Positions 1-10,299 are shown, counted from the first letter of the stretch. The stretch is 64,000 nt of DNA from an uncultured Cellvibrionales bacterium (GCA_913020115.1 CAJWBQ010000009.1:38184-102183), one strand, 5' to 3'. Program-made: numbers and translations. Notes: generated from the letters alone by a model not told the origin.

Positions 1-36
1 CCGCCCAGACAATCGAAATGAGGACAGCTCGAGCGA

Positions 37-708
37 ATGAAAACAATTGTCATAACCCTAGGATTGGGCGCTCTCATTGCCATAGCCTATTTCGCCCTAA
101 TGCCCAGCGGCGTATCGTCCACGAGTCCAACAAATTTACCCTGGCAAATTACTCGCCTTCCTGCGGGCGGCACTGAAGTATTTGGCATTCGTCCCGGCAT
201 CACACGTATTGATGAAGCCTTGCATGTACTGGGAGAAGACCACGACCTCGCCGTAATAATTGACAAGGAAGATCACGCAGGCCTTGAGGTGTATTTCAGC
301 CATTTTAAAGCGGGGCCGCTGGCGGGGAAATTAATTCTCAATGCGCAAATAGACAGCGAGAGTTTGGAAGCCATGGCCGCAGGCGCAAGCAAGTCCGGCT
401 ACATGGCCAGCGGCTCACGAAAATTTCAGCTCAACAGCCAAGACCTACAACGCGCGCAGCAGCTGGTTTTGGAAGGTATAAGCTTCATTCCCGCCGCCAC
501 CCTCTCAAAAGAGATTGTTGAACAACGCTTTGGCCAGGAATACAGGCTGGTTCATACTGAAGACAGCGATTACTTTCTATATCCAGCGCTGGGCTTAAGT
601 ATCACTCTGAATAAAGAAGCTAAAGAAGTTTTACAGTACGTCCATCCCAAGCAGTTTGCTTTGGTAAGCGAGCCTCTAAACGCGATCAGCATAAAGCCCA
701 CTAACTAG
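37..708 (+). CDS. hypothetical protein with N-terminal membrane anchor/signal
   Basis: 223-aa ORF. It has an N-terminal hydrophobic stretch (TIVITLGLGALIAIAYFALM). No family recognised. Confidence 0.5.
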   Translation: MKTIVITLGLGALIAIAYFALMPSGVSSTSPTNLPWQITRLPAGGTEVFGIRPGITRIDEALHVLGEDHDLAVIIDKEDHAGLEVYFSHFKAGPLAGKLILNAQIDSESLEAMAAGASKSGYMASGSRKFQLNSQDLQRAQQLVLEGISFIPAATLSKEIVEQRFGQEYRLVHTEDSDYFLYPALGLSITLNKEAKEVLQYVHPKQFALVSEPLNAISIKPTN

Positions 709-725
709 CTTCGCCGCAAATCTCC

Positions 726-1553
726 CTAAGAGTTCTCAAGGGAGATTTTTAGCCGCCGCAGGTAAATCTTTATTTTCCTCGTATTATCTGGCCCCATACG
801 AAGCAATAGCTTATGGGTCGCCGGCAGTGCCTCCAAGCTGGAATCTTTAAATTGAAAAAGCACTCCAGGCCGATGAAGTAGTGGCTCCTCATCCAAAACA
901 GGGGCAGCTAAAATATGGTCAATCACCGAAAGCAGTGAACTGTGAAAGGTTACAGAGGTTTTTTGACCCAGCTCACCCTGCGCCTGCTGGAACAAGGGAT
1001 ACATCTCGCGATACAAGGTGGCGAGTTTTGCCTGATCAATCATCAGCAGCGTATTTACGGCATTGTTATAGCGTTTGTAAGTCAACGAGTCTAAACGAAT
1101 AATGTCTCCTTCGACTGTTGGTTTAAAACGCGCTATGGGAGGCATTATCGGAGCGTATTTTCTTACATATTTCCCCTGACGAATATTGTCGACCTGCAAA
1201 ACCCACTTGCGAATAAGTTCTCGAGGAGCCAACCACTCAAGCCAAGGCGCGGGCGTGGAGAGCTCGCCAAGCCAAGTTTTCACTGTGCCATCACTGGCAT
1301 TCAAATGCGGCAGCACTCGCGCAGGTGCCACGGGTGGCAAGGGCTCTGGGTTGGCGGGCGCGGCGGCCACAGGCACCGCAGCTGGCCCTGGCACGTCGGC
1401 TGGCTTTGTAATTGGGGCTGGCTGGGGCTTAGGTATCTCAGCTTGCTGGGGCTGAACCGGTGGTGCGGGCCATAAAACAGAAGCAATCACTACTAAAAAA
1501 ACCAACAAGATAAATCCTCCAATGATCGCCATTGGATTGACCTTCCCCTTCAT
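726..1553 (-). CDS. membrane-anchored proline-rich protein (DUF3014-like, unverified)
   Basis: ORF trimmed to the internal ATG at 1553 (MKGKVNPMAIIGGFILLVFLVV = TM anchor). A Pro/Ala-rich linker and a C-terminal globular part follow. The DUF3014 resemblance is from memory only. Confidence 0.5.
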   Translation of the reverse strand: MKGKVNPMAIIGGFILLVFLVVIASVLWPAPPVQPQQAEIPKPQPAPITKPADVPGPAAVPVAAAPANPEPLPPVAPARVLPHLNASDGTVKTWLGELSTPAPWLEWLAPRELIRKWVLQVDNIRQGKYVRKYAPIMPPIARFKPTVEGDIIRLDSLTYKRYNNAVNTLLMIDQAKLATLYREMYPLFQQAQGELGQKTSVTFHSSLLSVIDHILAAPVLDEEPLLHRPGVLFQFKDSSLEALPATHKLLLRMGPDNTRKIKIYLRRLKISLENS

Positions 1554-1751
1554 ACGAATTCCAGAATGACTGCTCACAAACACCCCCACATTAATCAACG
1601 TTTTGTATTCACACTCCCTTCGTCAATTTGTTTCACGCAAAGTTGCGTTGTCGGGTGATATTGGCGCAAATTAGTCCGCCCGAGCGATCACACCGCTTAT
1701 TCACGCAATACCAACAGCACTTCGTCGAGACCAAACTCCCTCCGTGCGTCT

Positions 1752-3278
1752 CTAGTATTGCTCCTGTAAATAGCGAGCTCGAATATGATTCAGTAGAAAG
1801 TTTGCATTTGTGCCCTGACCTGTAGCCTCTAGCATCAGCGCTTGCGACTCAGAGAAACTCGCTTTACGCCAAATATTTTCCTGAAGGTAGGTCTTGATTG
1901 AATTGACATTCCCCGAGGCCAACTCAGTCTCCAGATTGCCATTGTCTTTCTTCATATGATCGAACAATTGCGCGGCGTTAATTGCCCCCAGGGTATAAGA
2001 GGGGAAATAGCCAAAACTACCGTCGGTCCAATGCATGTCTTGCATGCAACCATCTTTGAAATTTCCCGACGTTGACACGCCCAAGTAAGCCCGCATTTTT
2101 TCGTCCCAGGCATCTGGCACGTCGGCCGCTTCCATATCGCCATTAATTAAAGCGGATTCGATTTCGTAACGCAGTATTATGTGCATGGGATATGTGACTT
2201 CGTCAGCGTCTACGCGAATAAAATCCTGCTTAACTTGTGTATTTAACTGCCACAACTGTTCGCCCGTAAAATTGTTTAAGCTAGGAAAGGCTGCGCCAAT
2301 TTTCGGGGCAAGAAAGTCACAAAAAGAACGATGGATAAATATTTGTTTTTCAAACAGTAAACTTTGGCCTTCGTGAATACTCATATTGCGAGATTCACCT
2401 ACGGGCTGGTTCCGCCACTCACTGGGCAGCCCAGCTTCATAACTGGCGTGTCCCATTTCATGAGCCGTCCCTAGCAGCGCCTGTAAAAACTCTTGCTCAT
2501 TGTATCGCGTGGTAATGCGCTGATCGCCGTAGTCTCCCGTACTGAAAGGGTGCACACTTGCATCTAGGCGACCCTGATTAAAGTCGAAGCCCAATATATC
2601 CATTAGGGTATGACTTAGAGTCTGCTGAGCAGGAATAGGGAAAGGGCCTGCCAATTCAATTTTTGGTCGAGATTTTTGATGTTCAACAACCTCACAAATT
2701 AAATCTGGCAAGCGAGACTTCAAGTCCCCAAACACCTCCGAAATAAACGCGGCATTGTCGCCACATGCATAGAGATCCAACATGGCATCATAGGGCGAAG
2801 TAAAGCGTTCGGGCTCCGCAGCCTGACGACAACGCGCCTCTTCGCGAGCCAAATTTAGCACTTCTTTAAAGTTGGGTAAAAAACCCGCCCAGTCATTAGC
2901 TTGGCGTTGATCGCGCCAGGCGTGCTCGCACTTGGAACCCGCAATGGTTTTTGCCTGCACCAAGTCAACGGGCAAACAGGTCGACTGTTGCCAACTCCGT
3001 TTCATTTCCCATAAATTCGAACGCTGATTCTCGCTTAAATTTTCTAGCTCGCTATCCGCCAGCGCAAATGTTTCAGGTACGCTTGCATGAGTTAATAACT
3101 CATGGCGAATAGCACCCAATTCTGCCAAGGCCTCAGCTCGCCCCTCTGCACCACCGTCGGGCATCATTACCGCGCTGTCCCAATGCAAGAAGGTTTCCGC
3201 GTGACTGAGTTTTGCCAAACGGGAGAAACGCCGTTCAAGCTTTTTATACGGCGATGTGGAAGTTTCTATGAGCGACAT
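1752..3278 (-). CDS. M32 family (Taq-type) metallocarboxypeptidase
   Basis: 508-aa ORF with HEMGH (HExxH) plus VHPFSTG, DQRITTR, IHEGQS, IRVDADE and GCMQDMHW, the motif set typical of M32 carboxypeptidases. Confidence 0.9.
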   Translation of the reverse strand: MSLIETSTSPYKKLERRFSRLAKLSHAETFLHWDSAVMMPDGGAEGRAEALAELGAIRHELLTHASVPETFALADSELENLSENQRSNLWEMKRSWQQSTCLPVDLVQAKTIAGSKCEHAWRDQRQANDWAGFLPNFKEVLNLAREEARCRQAAEPERFTSPYDAMLDLYACGDNAAFISEVFGDLKSRLPDLICEVVEHQKSRPKIELAGPFPIPAQQTLSHTLMDILGFDFNQGRLDASVHPFSTGDYGDQRITTRYNEQEFLQALLGTAHEMGHASYEAGLPSEWRNQPVGESRNMSIHEGQSLLFEKQIFIHRSFCDFLAPKIGAAFPSLNNFTGEQLWQLNTQVKQDFIRVDADEVTYPMHIILRYEIESALINGDMEAADVPDAWDEKMRAYLGVSTSGNFKDGCMQDMHWTDGSFGYFPSYTLGAINAAQLFDHMKKDNGNLETELASGNVNSIKTYLQENIWRKASFSESQALMLEATGQGTNANFLLNHIRARYLQEQY

Positions 3279-3286
3279 CTTTTCCC

Positions 3287-4045
3287 CTAAGGCTTGCGGA
3301 ATTTCAAGGTCCAGCGATCAGTATTGCCGGTTACAGTTTTACGACCTACTTCGTAACGCAATTCATCATCAGCACGGGCGTGCAGGTCGGAAAAATCAAC
3401 AAATTCAAACCCAGCCGCTTGAATTTCCTTAATCGCTTTAACAGCGTCAAAACGACGACGGTTTTCGCGAGAATCAGATTCCATATGACGGCGAGTGTGA
3501 TCAACGACTCCGTAAATACCACCTGACTTCAACGCATGAAACGCGCCTTTATTCATTGCCGCGCGGCCCACTTCATCAAAATTGTGGTAGTTGCGAAAAG
3601 TTAAAACCATATCGGCATTTTTCACGCCCAGCGAATCCATTTCCAAAGTGTACAAACGAGCATCCTTTGGGCGATACATTTTTGAATCTTCCGCTACGAT
3701 TTTGATGTTATTCTCAAAACCTTTACTGCCCTGTATGTTGTTTTTTACCCGACTTGTACCCAAGGCCACAATCAGCTCACCCTTTTCAGCCAAGACAGGC
3801 GCCAACAAACGGGTATACCAACCACCACCCGGTATTAATTCCACTACTTTCATTGAATCTTTAAGACCCAGAAATTGCAGCGTCTCAAGTGGTTGGCGAT
3901 TTCTATCGCGAGAAAGCTCGCCTGCGGGACGCGTTTCAGCGGTCATCGCTTTTTCCAATTTATCTTCAAGCTTCATATCGGCGGCCGATACCAGTGCCGC
4001 ACTCAACAGGCCCACGCCCACTGCCAAAAATTTAAACATATGCAT
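3287..4045 (-). CDS. class I SAM-dependent methyltransferase-like protein with signal peptide
   Basis: Start trimmed to the ATG at 4045 (MHMFKFLAVGVGLLSAALVSA signal-like), which avoids overlap with asnS. VVELIPGGGWYT is a glycine-rich SAM-binding-like motif. Confidence 0.65.
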   Translation of the reverse strand: MHMFKFLAVGVGLLSAALVSAADMKLEDKLEKAMTAETRPAGELSRDRNRQPLETLQFLGLKDSMKVVELIPGGGWYTRLLAPVLAEKGELIVALGTSRVKNNIQGSKGFENNIKIVAEDSKMYRPKDARLYTLEMDSLGVKNADMVLTFRNYHNFDEVGRAAMNKGAFHALKSGGIYGVVDHTRRHMESDSRENRRRFDAVKAIKEIQAAGFEFVDFSDLHARADDELRYEVGRKTVTGNTDRWTLKFRKP

Positions 4046-4061
4046 TTTCCTTAAAATAGAA

Positions 4062-5456
4062 TTAAAAGTGTGCCGAGCCAGGCACACGGGGGAAGGGAAT
4101 GGCATCACGAATGTTATCCATACCACTAATATAATTTAACAAGCGCTCAAAGCCCAAACCAAAACCGGCGTGGGGTACAGTGCCGTAACGGCGCAGGTCT
4201 CGATACCACCAAAGTTCTTCTTTCAAGGTGGGATTGTCCATTCTTGATTCCAATACAGACAAACGCTCTTCACGCTGACTGCCGCCAATAATTTCACCGA
4301 TACCGGGAGCTAATACATCCATGGCGGCCACGGTTTTCTCATCGTCATTCAAGCGCATGTAAAATGCTTTAATGTCTTTCGGATAATTTTTAACCACCAC
4401 AGGACCTTTCACGTATTCTTCACAGAGAAAACGCTCATGTTCCGACTGAAGATCTAAACCCCAAGTGACGGGATATTCAAACGATTTTCCAGACTTTTCA
4501 AGTATTCTGACAGCATCGCTGTAATCCATGTGTACAAAATCGGAATTGACCACTCGCTCCAAACGCGCGATGGCATCCTTGTCGATACGCTGAGCAAAAA
4601 ACTCCATATCGTCTTGGCGCTGATTAAGCACTTCACGAAAACAATGCTTCAGGAAATCTTCTGCCAAGGCCGCGTCGTCCTCTAGATTGGCAAAGGCGAT
4701 CTCGGGTTCCACCATCCAAAATTCCGCGAGATGCCGACTCGTATTGGAATTTTCCGCACGAAAAGTAGGCCCAAAGGTGTACACTTTCGACATAGCCAAA
4801 CAGTAGGCCTCAACGTTCAACTGTCCAGAGACGGTGAGAAAACTTTCGCTCGCGAAAAAATCTTGCGCGAAATCAACGCCGCCCTTCTCATTGCGCGGAA
4901 GGTTAGAAAAATCCAGAGTGGAAACTCGGAATAATTCACCCGCTCCCTCACAATCGCTAGACGTGATCAAAGGCGTATTGACCCAATGAAAACCTTCACC
5001 ATAAAAATAGTTATGCATGGCGTTGGCAAGGGTATTGCGCAATCGAGTCACGGCACCAAAAGCATTTGTACGCGGGCGTAAGTGCGCTTGAGTTCGCAAG
5101 TATTCAAAGGTGTGCCGCTTCTTTGCAATGGGATAGGTCTCAGGATCATCTACCCAGCCGACCACCTCGAGCTCTAGAGCTTGAATTTCAACGGATTGCC
5201 CCTGACCTTCAGATGCCACTAATTCGCCAGAAGCTATCACAGAGCAGCCAGCGCCCAACTGCGTAACCTCACTGTAATTACTCAGAGTATCGGGCACCAC
5301 CACCTGAATAGGATCAAAACAAGATCCGTCGTGTACGGCCACAAAAGAAATGCCGGCCTTGGAGGTTCGCCGAGAGCGCACCCAACCCTTTACTGTTACC
5401 CGGGTGCCAACGGCAACCTTCCCTGCAAACAATTCAGCAACCGCATTTGAACTCAT
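4062..5456 (-). CDS. asnS: asparagine--tRNA ligase
   Basis: 464 aa. It has an N-terminal OB-fold region ([26 protein letters not shown]) and class II aaRS motifs ([30 protein letters not shown]). Confidence 0.95.
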   Translation of the reverse strand: MSSNAVAELFAGKVAVGTRVTVKGWVRSRRTSKAGISFVAVHDGSCFDPIQVVVPDTLSNYSEVTQLGAGCSVIASGELVASEGQGQSVEIQALELEVVGWVDDPETYPIAKKRHTFEYLRTQAHLRPRTNAFGAVTRLRNTLANAMHNYFYGEGFHWVNTPLITSSDCEGAGELFRVSTLDFSNLPRNEKGGVDFAQDFFASESFLTVSGQLNVEAYCLAMSKVYTFGPTFRAENSNTSRHLAEFWMVEPEIAFANLEDDAALAEDFLKHCFREVLNQRQDDMEFFAQRIDKDAIARLERVVNSDFVHMDYSDAVRILEKSGKSFEYPVTWGLDLQSEHERFLCEEYVKGPVVVKNYPKDIKAFYMRLNDDEKTVAAMDVLAPGIGEIIGGSQREERLSVLESRMDNPTLKEELWWYRDLRRYGTVPHAGFGLGFERLLNYISGMDNIRDAIPFPRVPGSAHF

Positions 5457-5539
5457 TGAGCATTTTCTCCTATAAGATAAGGTATGACTTTAGACGGATA
5501 TAGTCTGATTTCCCTCAAACTTGATTCTATGGGCCCTGC

Positions 5540-6106
5540 CTAGTTAGATTCGCTTAGCGTAATTCTCACAATAGTGACTTTATCTACAGGGCCATGAAAG
5601 GCTATCTTTTTATCGTCGCCAAGCCATTCTTCCTTTACTTCACTGCTAGCAATTTTGTCCAGCACCTCGAAACCTTCGCTCAACTGGCCAAACACCGTGT
5701 AGCGGCCATCCAAATGCGGGCGCGCCTCGTGGCAAATATATATTTCTGTGCTGCCACTGTCAGGGTCTTCCCCACGCGCGAGACCAACGGCGCCTTTAAT
5801 ATGTGGATTTTGGTTAAACTCGGCTTTGACCAAAGGCTGCTCATTATCGGAATTACTGCCAGCCTGAATCACATGCCCTTTCACTATTCGATAGAAGGTT
5901 TTACCTTCATACCAGCCCTCCTTAACCAAACGCTTAAAGTTGGCCACCGTTGCTGGCGCATCCTCGGGGTAAAAGGTCATGAGCATGCTACCGTGACTGG
6001 TTTCAATGAGCGCTTGGCCTGCACCTGCATTAACGCCAACGCTCATGAACACACCGAAGCAAAAGCTCAACCCGGACAATAAGACTCGATTATAGGCAAT
6101 AGACAT
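5540..6106 (-). CDS. ppiA: periplasmic cyclophilin-type peptidyl-prolyl cis-trans isomerase
   Basis: Cyclophilin motifs are present (FYRIVKGHVIQAG, GAVGLAR, TVFGQL). Start set at the ATG at 6106, which is followed by a signal peptide. Confidence 0.85.
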   Translation of the reverse strand: MSIAYNRVLLSGLSFCFGVFMSVGVNAGAGQALIETSHGSMLMTFYPEDAPATVANFKRLVKEGWYEGKTFYRIVKGHVIQAGSNSDNEQPLVKAEFNQNPHIKGAVGLARGEDPDSGSTEIYICHEARPHLDGRYTVFGQLSEGFEVLDKIASSEVKEEWLGDDKKIAFHGPVDKVTIVRITLSESN

Positions 6107-6316
6107 ATGAGGAATCCCTTCTGAGTTTGAGTGCATGATGCTACCACTTCAATCTCAAGGAGCCCACTACAGCAAGCGCTTAATCGACAAAAGTAAAAAT
6201 ACACGGGATGAAGGGAGATATAGAAGGGCTTATACCGAGGAAAACGGAGAGAAACGGCCTAGAGATTTGTCTCGCAGCCGTGTAGAAAACAAACTTTTTG
6301 CTGCCAAGCACAGCAC

Positions 6317-6766
6317 TTAACGATCAATATCGGCAAACTCCTTATTCAGCTTATAGTGCCGCGAAGTCACATACGCCTCCATATCTTCTACCCGTCGCAA
6401 GGTTGCATTCAAGCGATCCTGAGCCCGGTGCAAGCTACTGGCAGGGCTTGGCGAGTAATTAAACATGTTCTTACGCTCTTGCCGAGGCCGATCTGTTGGC
6501 GAGCGACGATAGCCACGCTCCTTCTTAGGGCGCGGCGCTATCATCACACAAGCTACGATATACGCCAGCACAGCCAGTGATTGAAAAAACAACAAAGCCC
6601 CTAAAAACACTAGCCGAACCACCCAAGGCGCAAAATCGAAGTGATCTGCAAGGCCGGCACAGACACCGCCTATCTTCCCTTCCCTCTTGTTGCGATACAG
6701 GTTCATACCCCAGCCATTTCTCTTGTCTTCTTTGAAGTGATTACCGCTTTTTTGATGTCTACTCAT
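6317..6766 (-). CDS. pspC: envelope stress response membrane protein PspC
   Basis: PspC domain signature LYRNKREGKIGGVCAGLADHFDFAPWVVRLVF followed by a TM segment. Start trimmed to the ATG at 6766, 14 nt after the pspB stop. Confidence 0.85.
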   Translation of the reverse strand: MSRHQKSGNHFKEDKRNGWGMNLYRNKREGKIGGVCAGLADHFDFAPWVVRLVFLGALLFFQSLAVLAYIVACVMIAPRPKKERGYRRSPTDRPRQERKNMFNYSPSPASSLHRAQDRLNATLRRVEDMEAYVTSRHYKLNKEFADIDR

Positions 6767-6780
6767 AATTCGAACCCTGC

Positions 6781-7029
6781 TCAGTTCCGTTGCTGGGTGC
6801 GCGCATTGCGCTCCCGCCAATCGGAGTGGTCTTCATCCAAAATTGATTCTAATGCTTCAATGCGATCGCCCAGTTTATCGATGGTGCCAATCATATCCTC
6901 GAGCACTTGGCGATCATCCTGGTTTAAGCCCTGATTCGATTGCCGAGAACTTTTGTAATGCATCGCAAGCCAGATAGGCGCAACAATCACCATAAATAAA
7001 ATTGTGGGAACATACATAAATTCAAACAT
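6781..7029 (-). CDS. pspB: phage shock protein B
   Basis: 82 aa with a single N-terminal TM (VAPIWLAMHY) and C-terminal RIEALESILDEDHSDWRER, very close to E. coli PspB as I remember it. Confidence 0.85.
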   Translation of the reverse strand: MFEFMYVPTILFMVIVAPIWLAMHYKSSRQSNQGLNQDDRQVLEDMIGTIDKLGDRIEALESILDEDHSDWRERNARTQQRN

Positions 7030-7126
7030 ACTTCTAATCCTTAGCGCCTGTGAGGTCGTAGAGTGCGGCTGTTCAAACTGAGTGTACGACAGATTTTATT
7101 TGCCGCCCACCCATCTGAATGCCGAC

Positions 7127-7798
7127 TCAGCGCCCACCGTTCATTTCAGCCTTGATGCGCGCCATCTCATCGTTTATTTTTTCGTCGTCGGCCAAACCGT
7201 CGATCTCCGCAGCCAAATCAGGCTTGCCACCACGGCCCACATCCATCGACTCTACCTGCCCTTCTATGTCATCCATGCGCCGCTCAAATTTCTCAAACTT
7301 AACAAAGGCATCATCCAAGGCTTCACGATGTATTTGACGCTTTACTTTCATACGGTCATTAACCGTCTTGTGGCGAAGCAACATAGTTTTCTGCTTGGCC
7401 TTAGCATCATTCAACTTCTGCTGTAGTTGACTCACCTCTTCATTTAAATGATCGAGCTGCTCATCCAAAGCGGCCAGATCCTCAGCAATAGACTCTGCAT
7501 CGGTCGCTGCAACCTGCTTCTCGGCCAGCGCCGCTCGCGCCAAGTCTTCTCGACCCTTACTAATTGCCAAGCGAGCTTTTTCATCCCACTGCTCGGCCTC
7601 GTCCTGCATTCTGGCCAAGGCTCTGCTTGCCGTCTTTTTATCGGCAATCACTCGCGCTGAGGAGCTGCGCACCTCCACCAGAGTTTCTTCCATCTCCTGA
7701 ATAATCAGGCGGATCATCTTTTGAGGATCTTCAGCCTTGTCCAACATCGAATTGATATTGGAATTAATAATATCGGCCATACGCGAAAATATACTCAT
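7127..7798 (-). CDS. pspA: phage shock protein A
   Basis: MSIFSRMADIINSNINSMLDKAEDPQKMIRLIIQEMEETLVEVRSS matches the PspA N-terminus. The ATG at 7798 is preceded by GGAG at good spacing; the track ORF starts at an upstream GTG at 7807. Confidence 0.95.
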   Translation of the reverse strand: MSIFSRMADIINSNINSMLDKAEDPQKMIRLIIQEMEETLVEVRSSSARVIADKKTASRALARMQDEAEQWDEKARLAISKGREDLARAALAEKQVAATDAESIAEDLAALDEQLDHLNEEVSQLQQKLNDAKAKQKTMLLRHKTVNDRMKVKRQIHREALDDAFVKFEKFERRMDDIEGQVESMDVGRGGKPDLAAEIDGLADDEKINDEMARIKAEMNGGR

Positions 7799-7873
7799 AA
7801 TGCTCACTCCAATCGGTATTTCTAAAAGGGTTATCCACTTAATTGCGGCTTACAGTCGTCCTGTTAAAAGCTA

Positions 7874-8020
7874 CTAGCTCAGTCTAACCAGCGAGAGGCA
7901 AGCGTCTTCAACATCCACATAATCGGCAATCAACTCAGGCGCAAACAGCCCCAGCGACAACACACAATATACAAACGCCACAGCCGCAAAAATCACACTC
8001 CACTTGTCCAGGCTATTCAT
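7874..8020 (-). CDS. candidate 48-aa single-pass membrane peptide in the pspA leader
   Basis: My own translation of the minus strand gives MNSLDKWSVIFAAVAFVYCVLSLGLFAPELIADYVDVEDACLSLVRLS, stop TAG at 7874-7876. It is too short for the ORF track. It lies between the sigma-54-like promoter and pspA. The RBS is weak (AGAGAG). Confidence 0.3.
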   Translation of the reverse strand: MNSLDKWSVIFAAVAFVYCVLSLGLFAPELIADYVDVEDACLSLVRLS

Positions 8021-8101
8021 TTCTATCCACTCTCTAGGTTGATTTGATCAGTTTATAAGCCAAATACAGCATTCTGTTTCTTTGGCATTTGAAAGTATCT
8101 A

Positions 8102-8119
8102 TATCAGGAAGCGTGCCAA
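8102..8119 (-). promoter_or_regulatory. sigma-54 (-24/-12)-type promoter candidate for the psp operon
   Basis: The minus strand reads CTTGGCACGCTTCCTGATAT. The -24 element TGGCACG is perfect and the spacing is correct. The -12 element is CTGA instead of TTGC. A PspF (sigma-54 activator) gene lies divergently. Confidence 0.45.
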
Positions 8120-8259
8120 GTTACTATGTCGTTGTTTTATATGAACTTTATTGAAAAGGCAGATTTTAAAGAATCATAAAATGGCTTATAGAGCCAAATA
8201 TTGGCATGATTGCACAATGTTAATTGGTATTTTTAACCAAACTTCACTAAGGCCGAACA

Positions 8260-9288
8260 ATGAGCAATCAACGTATCGTAGGCGCCTCCACCGCCTGGGC
8301 TGAAGCGCTTGACCACGTATCTCAGCTGGCCCCAATAGATCGTGCCGCGCTCATCATTGGCGAACGCGGCACCGGCAAAGAGCTGATTGCCGAGCGCCTA
8401 CATTTCCTCTCTCCGCGCTGGGAACAACCCCTCGTAAAAGTGAATTGCGCAGCCTTTAGCGACAACTTGCTTGAGTCTGAATTATTTGGCCATGAAGCCG
8501 GCGCATTCACTGGCGCAACAGGCCGCCAGATAGGTCGCTTTGAACGTGCCGACCAGGGCACTTTATTTCTCGATGAGCTAGGCACACTGCCAAAGCGCGC
8601 CCAAGAAAAAATATTGCGAATAATAGAGTATGGAGAATTTGAACGCCTAGGCAGTGCCGAAACTCAAACTGTAAACGTAAGAATAGTGGCCGCCACCAAT
8701 GCTGACTTGCCTGTTATGGTTGAGCGTGGCCTATTTCGAGGCGACCTGCTCGACAGACTTTCATTCGATGTTATCAACCTGCCACCGCTTCGCGACCGCC
8801 AGAGCGACATCCTCGAACTCAGCGCCTACTTTGCCGTTAAAATGTCTCACGAGCTTGGCTGGGAACTTTTCCCTGGATTTTCCGCACAGGCCAATACCGC
8901 CCTTCTAAACTGGTCCTGGCCCGGCAATGTGCGAGAACTGAAAAACGTTGTTGAACGCTCAGTCTACCGATGGGGCGATCAAAACAGCGCCATAGAACAA
9001 GTGATAATCAACGCTTTTAAGCCCTCAAACTCTAGCCGGGGAGACACCCAAGCTCCCCTCGAAAATCATGCTTACGATCCCCAATCACAAACCAAGGTAA
9101 CTGCCGACTCTGAAAATCAAGAGCGAGCCTTAAAGGCCCAGAACTTCAATGAAGCAATCGCAGCCTATGAAAAAGAATTACTCAACCAAGCCCTAAAAGC
9201 CTGCAAGCACCACCAGGGGGCAAGCGCTAAGTATATGGGTCTGAGTTATCACCAATTCAGAGGGCTCTATCGAAAACACCGGCAATAA
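8260..9288 (+). CDS. pspF: sigma-54-dependent transcriptional activator PspF
   Basis: AAA+ sigma-54 interaction domain without a receiver domain: GERGTGKE Walker A, ESELFGHEAGAFTGA (GAFTGA loop), and a C-terminal HTH. It is divergent from pspABC. Confidence 0.9.
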   Translation: MSNQRIVGASTAWAEALDHVSQLAPIDRAALIIGERGTGKELIAERLHFLSPRWEQPLVKVNCAAFSDNLLESELFGHEAGAFTGATGRQIGRFERADQGTLFLDELGTLPKRAQEKILRIIEYGEFERLGSAETQTVNVRIVAATNADLPVMVERGLFRGDLLDRLSFDVINLPPLRDRQSDILELSAYFAVKMSHELGWELFPGFSAQANTALLNWSWPGNVRELKNVVERSVYRWGDQNSAIEQVIINAFKPSNSSRGDTQAPLENHAYDPQSQTKVTADSENQERALKAQNFNEAIAAYEKELLNQALKACKHHQGASAKYMGLSYHQFRGLYRKHRQ

Positions 9289-9334
9289 ACGTTACCATTC
9301 CCAGAACAGACAGCCAAACAAGGACCCGAATACC

Positions 9335-9757
9335 ATGATTACATTCAAGAGAATACTGCTAGGCCTTGCGCTAACTCTTGGCGCACTAAACCCAGCAATG
9401 GCCACAGAATCTGCCAACAACGCCAAGCTTTACTTTATCTCCCCAGCTGACGGTGCGGAGCTTACCAGCCCAATAACAGTGAAATTCGGTCTTTCGGGTA
9501 TGGGAGTGGCGCCAGCAGGCATAGACAAGAAAAATACGGGACACCATCACCTGCTCATCGATTTAGACACACTGCCTAATATGAGCTTGCCGCTTCCCAG
9601 CGACTCTCAACACAAACATTTTGGCGGCGGTCAAACCGAGACAAGCCTAAAACTTGCTCCAGGCAAACACACCCTTCAGCTGCTACTGGGTGACATGAAT
9701 CACATGCCACACACACCTGCAGTGCTATCCAGCAAAATTACCATCACAGTCAAGTAA
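9335..9757 (+). CDS. periplasmic DUF4399 domain protein
   Basis: Signal peptide ending AMA, then LYFISPADGAEL...GHHHLLID...HFGGGQTE, which matches my recollection of the DUF4399 family. Confidence 0.7.
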   Translation: MITFKRILLGLALTLGALNPAMATESANNAKLYFISPADGAELTSPITVKFGLSGMGVAPAGIDKKNTGHHHLLIDLDTLPNMSLPLPSDSQHKHFGGGQTETSLKLAPGKHTLQLLLGDMNHMPHTPAVLSSKITITVK

Positions 9758-9775
9758 ACTATTCATTGCCAGTGA

Positions 9776-10114
9776 TCAAAGATCGCTGGCAATGAAGTTT
9801 CGAACAGCACCAACGGAAGGGGCAAACCCCTCTGCCAAAACCTCTATACGAGACCAATCTCCATGCTTCCCCGCCACCTCCAACAAATCGCATAAATCCG
9901 CCAGGGGCAGCGCCCCAACCGTGCGAGAAGACGATTTCATCTTATGAGTGACGGCCTGCACTTGCGCGGCCGAACACTCAGCCATTGCCCGCTCAAACTC
10001 CAGCTGATATTCAAGCAAGCTTGAGCTGTACGCCGACAGAATGGCTTTCTGGGTCTGCTCATCGTCGCCAAATAACTCGGTTAGAGTACTTAGATCTAAG
10101 GGGGCATCATTCAT
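9776..10114 (-). CDS. Hpt (histidine phosphotransfer) domain protein
   Basis: About 112 aa and helical, with the HKMKSSSRTVGA motif (phospho-accepting His of Hpt domains). Start trimmed to the ATG at 10114. Confidence 0.7.
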   Translation of the reverse strand: MNDAPLDLSTLTELFGDDEQTQKAILSAYSSSLLEYQLEFERAMAECSAAQVQAVTHKMKSSSRTVGALPLADLCDLLEVAGKHGDWSRIEVLAEGFAPSVGAVRNFIASDL

Positions 10115-10299
10115 CGTACAGAAAACATCCACTGATTATTATCAATCACAATGACACCGAAATCGATGCCAAAACAAGCAAGTAGCACGAGCATAGCTCT
10201 ATATTATAGCCTTATTTTTCTCTTTTAATATCTACAGGTTGCACTCCTATCGGCAGGGTCCATACTTGTCACATCCAAATAAAAAAGTAACGGAAACCA

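Noticed and set aside
1186-1455. 89-aa Gly/Ala-rich plus-strand ORF
   Set aside because: It is antisense to the Pro/Ala-rich linker of the DUF3014-like gene; CCN/GCN codons read as GGN/NGC on the other strand. It is a compositional artefact.
3591-4139. 182-aa plus-strand ORF, and similarly 5594-6082 (+, 162 aa) and 11022-11411 (-, 129 aa)
   Set aside because: Each is antisense to a confidently identified gene (methyltransferase, ppiA, EAL protein) and has no family signature.
8202-8214. TGGCATGATTGCA upstream of pspF as a sigma-54 promoter
   Set aside because: The GG and GC dinucleotides are 3 nt too close compared with the canonical -24/-12 spacing. From memory, pspF is sigma-70 dependent in characterised systems.
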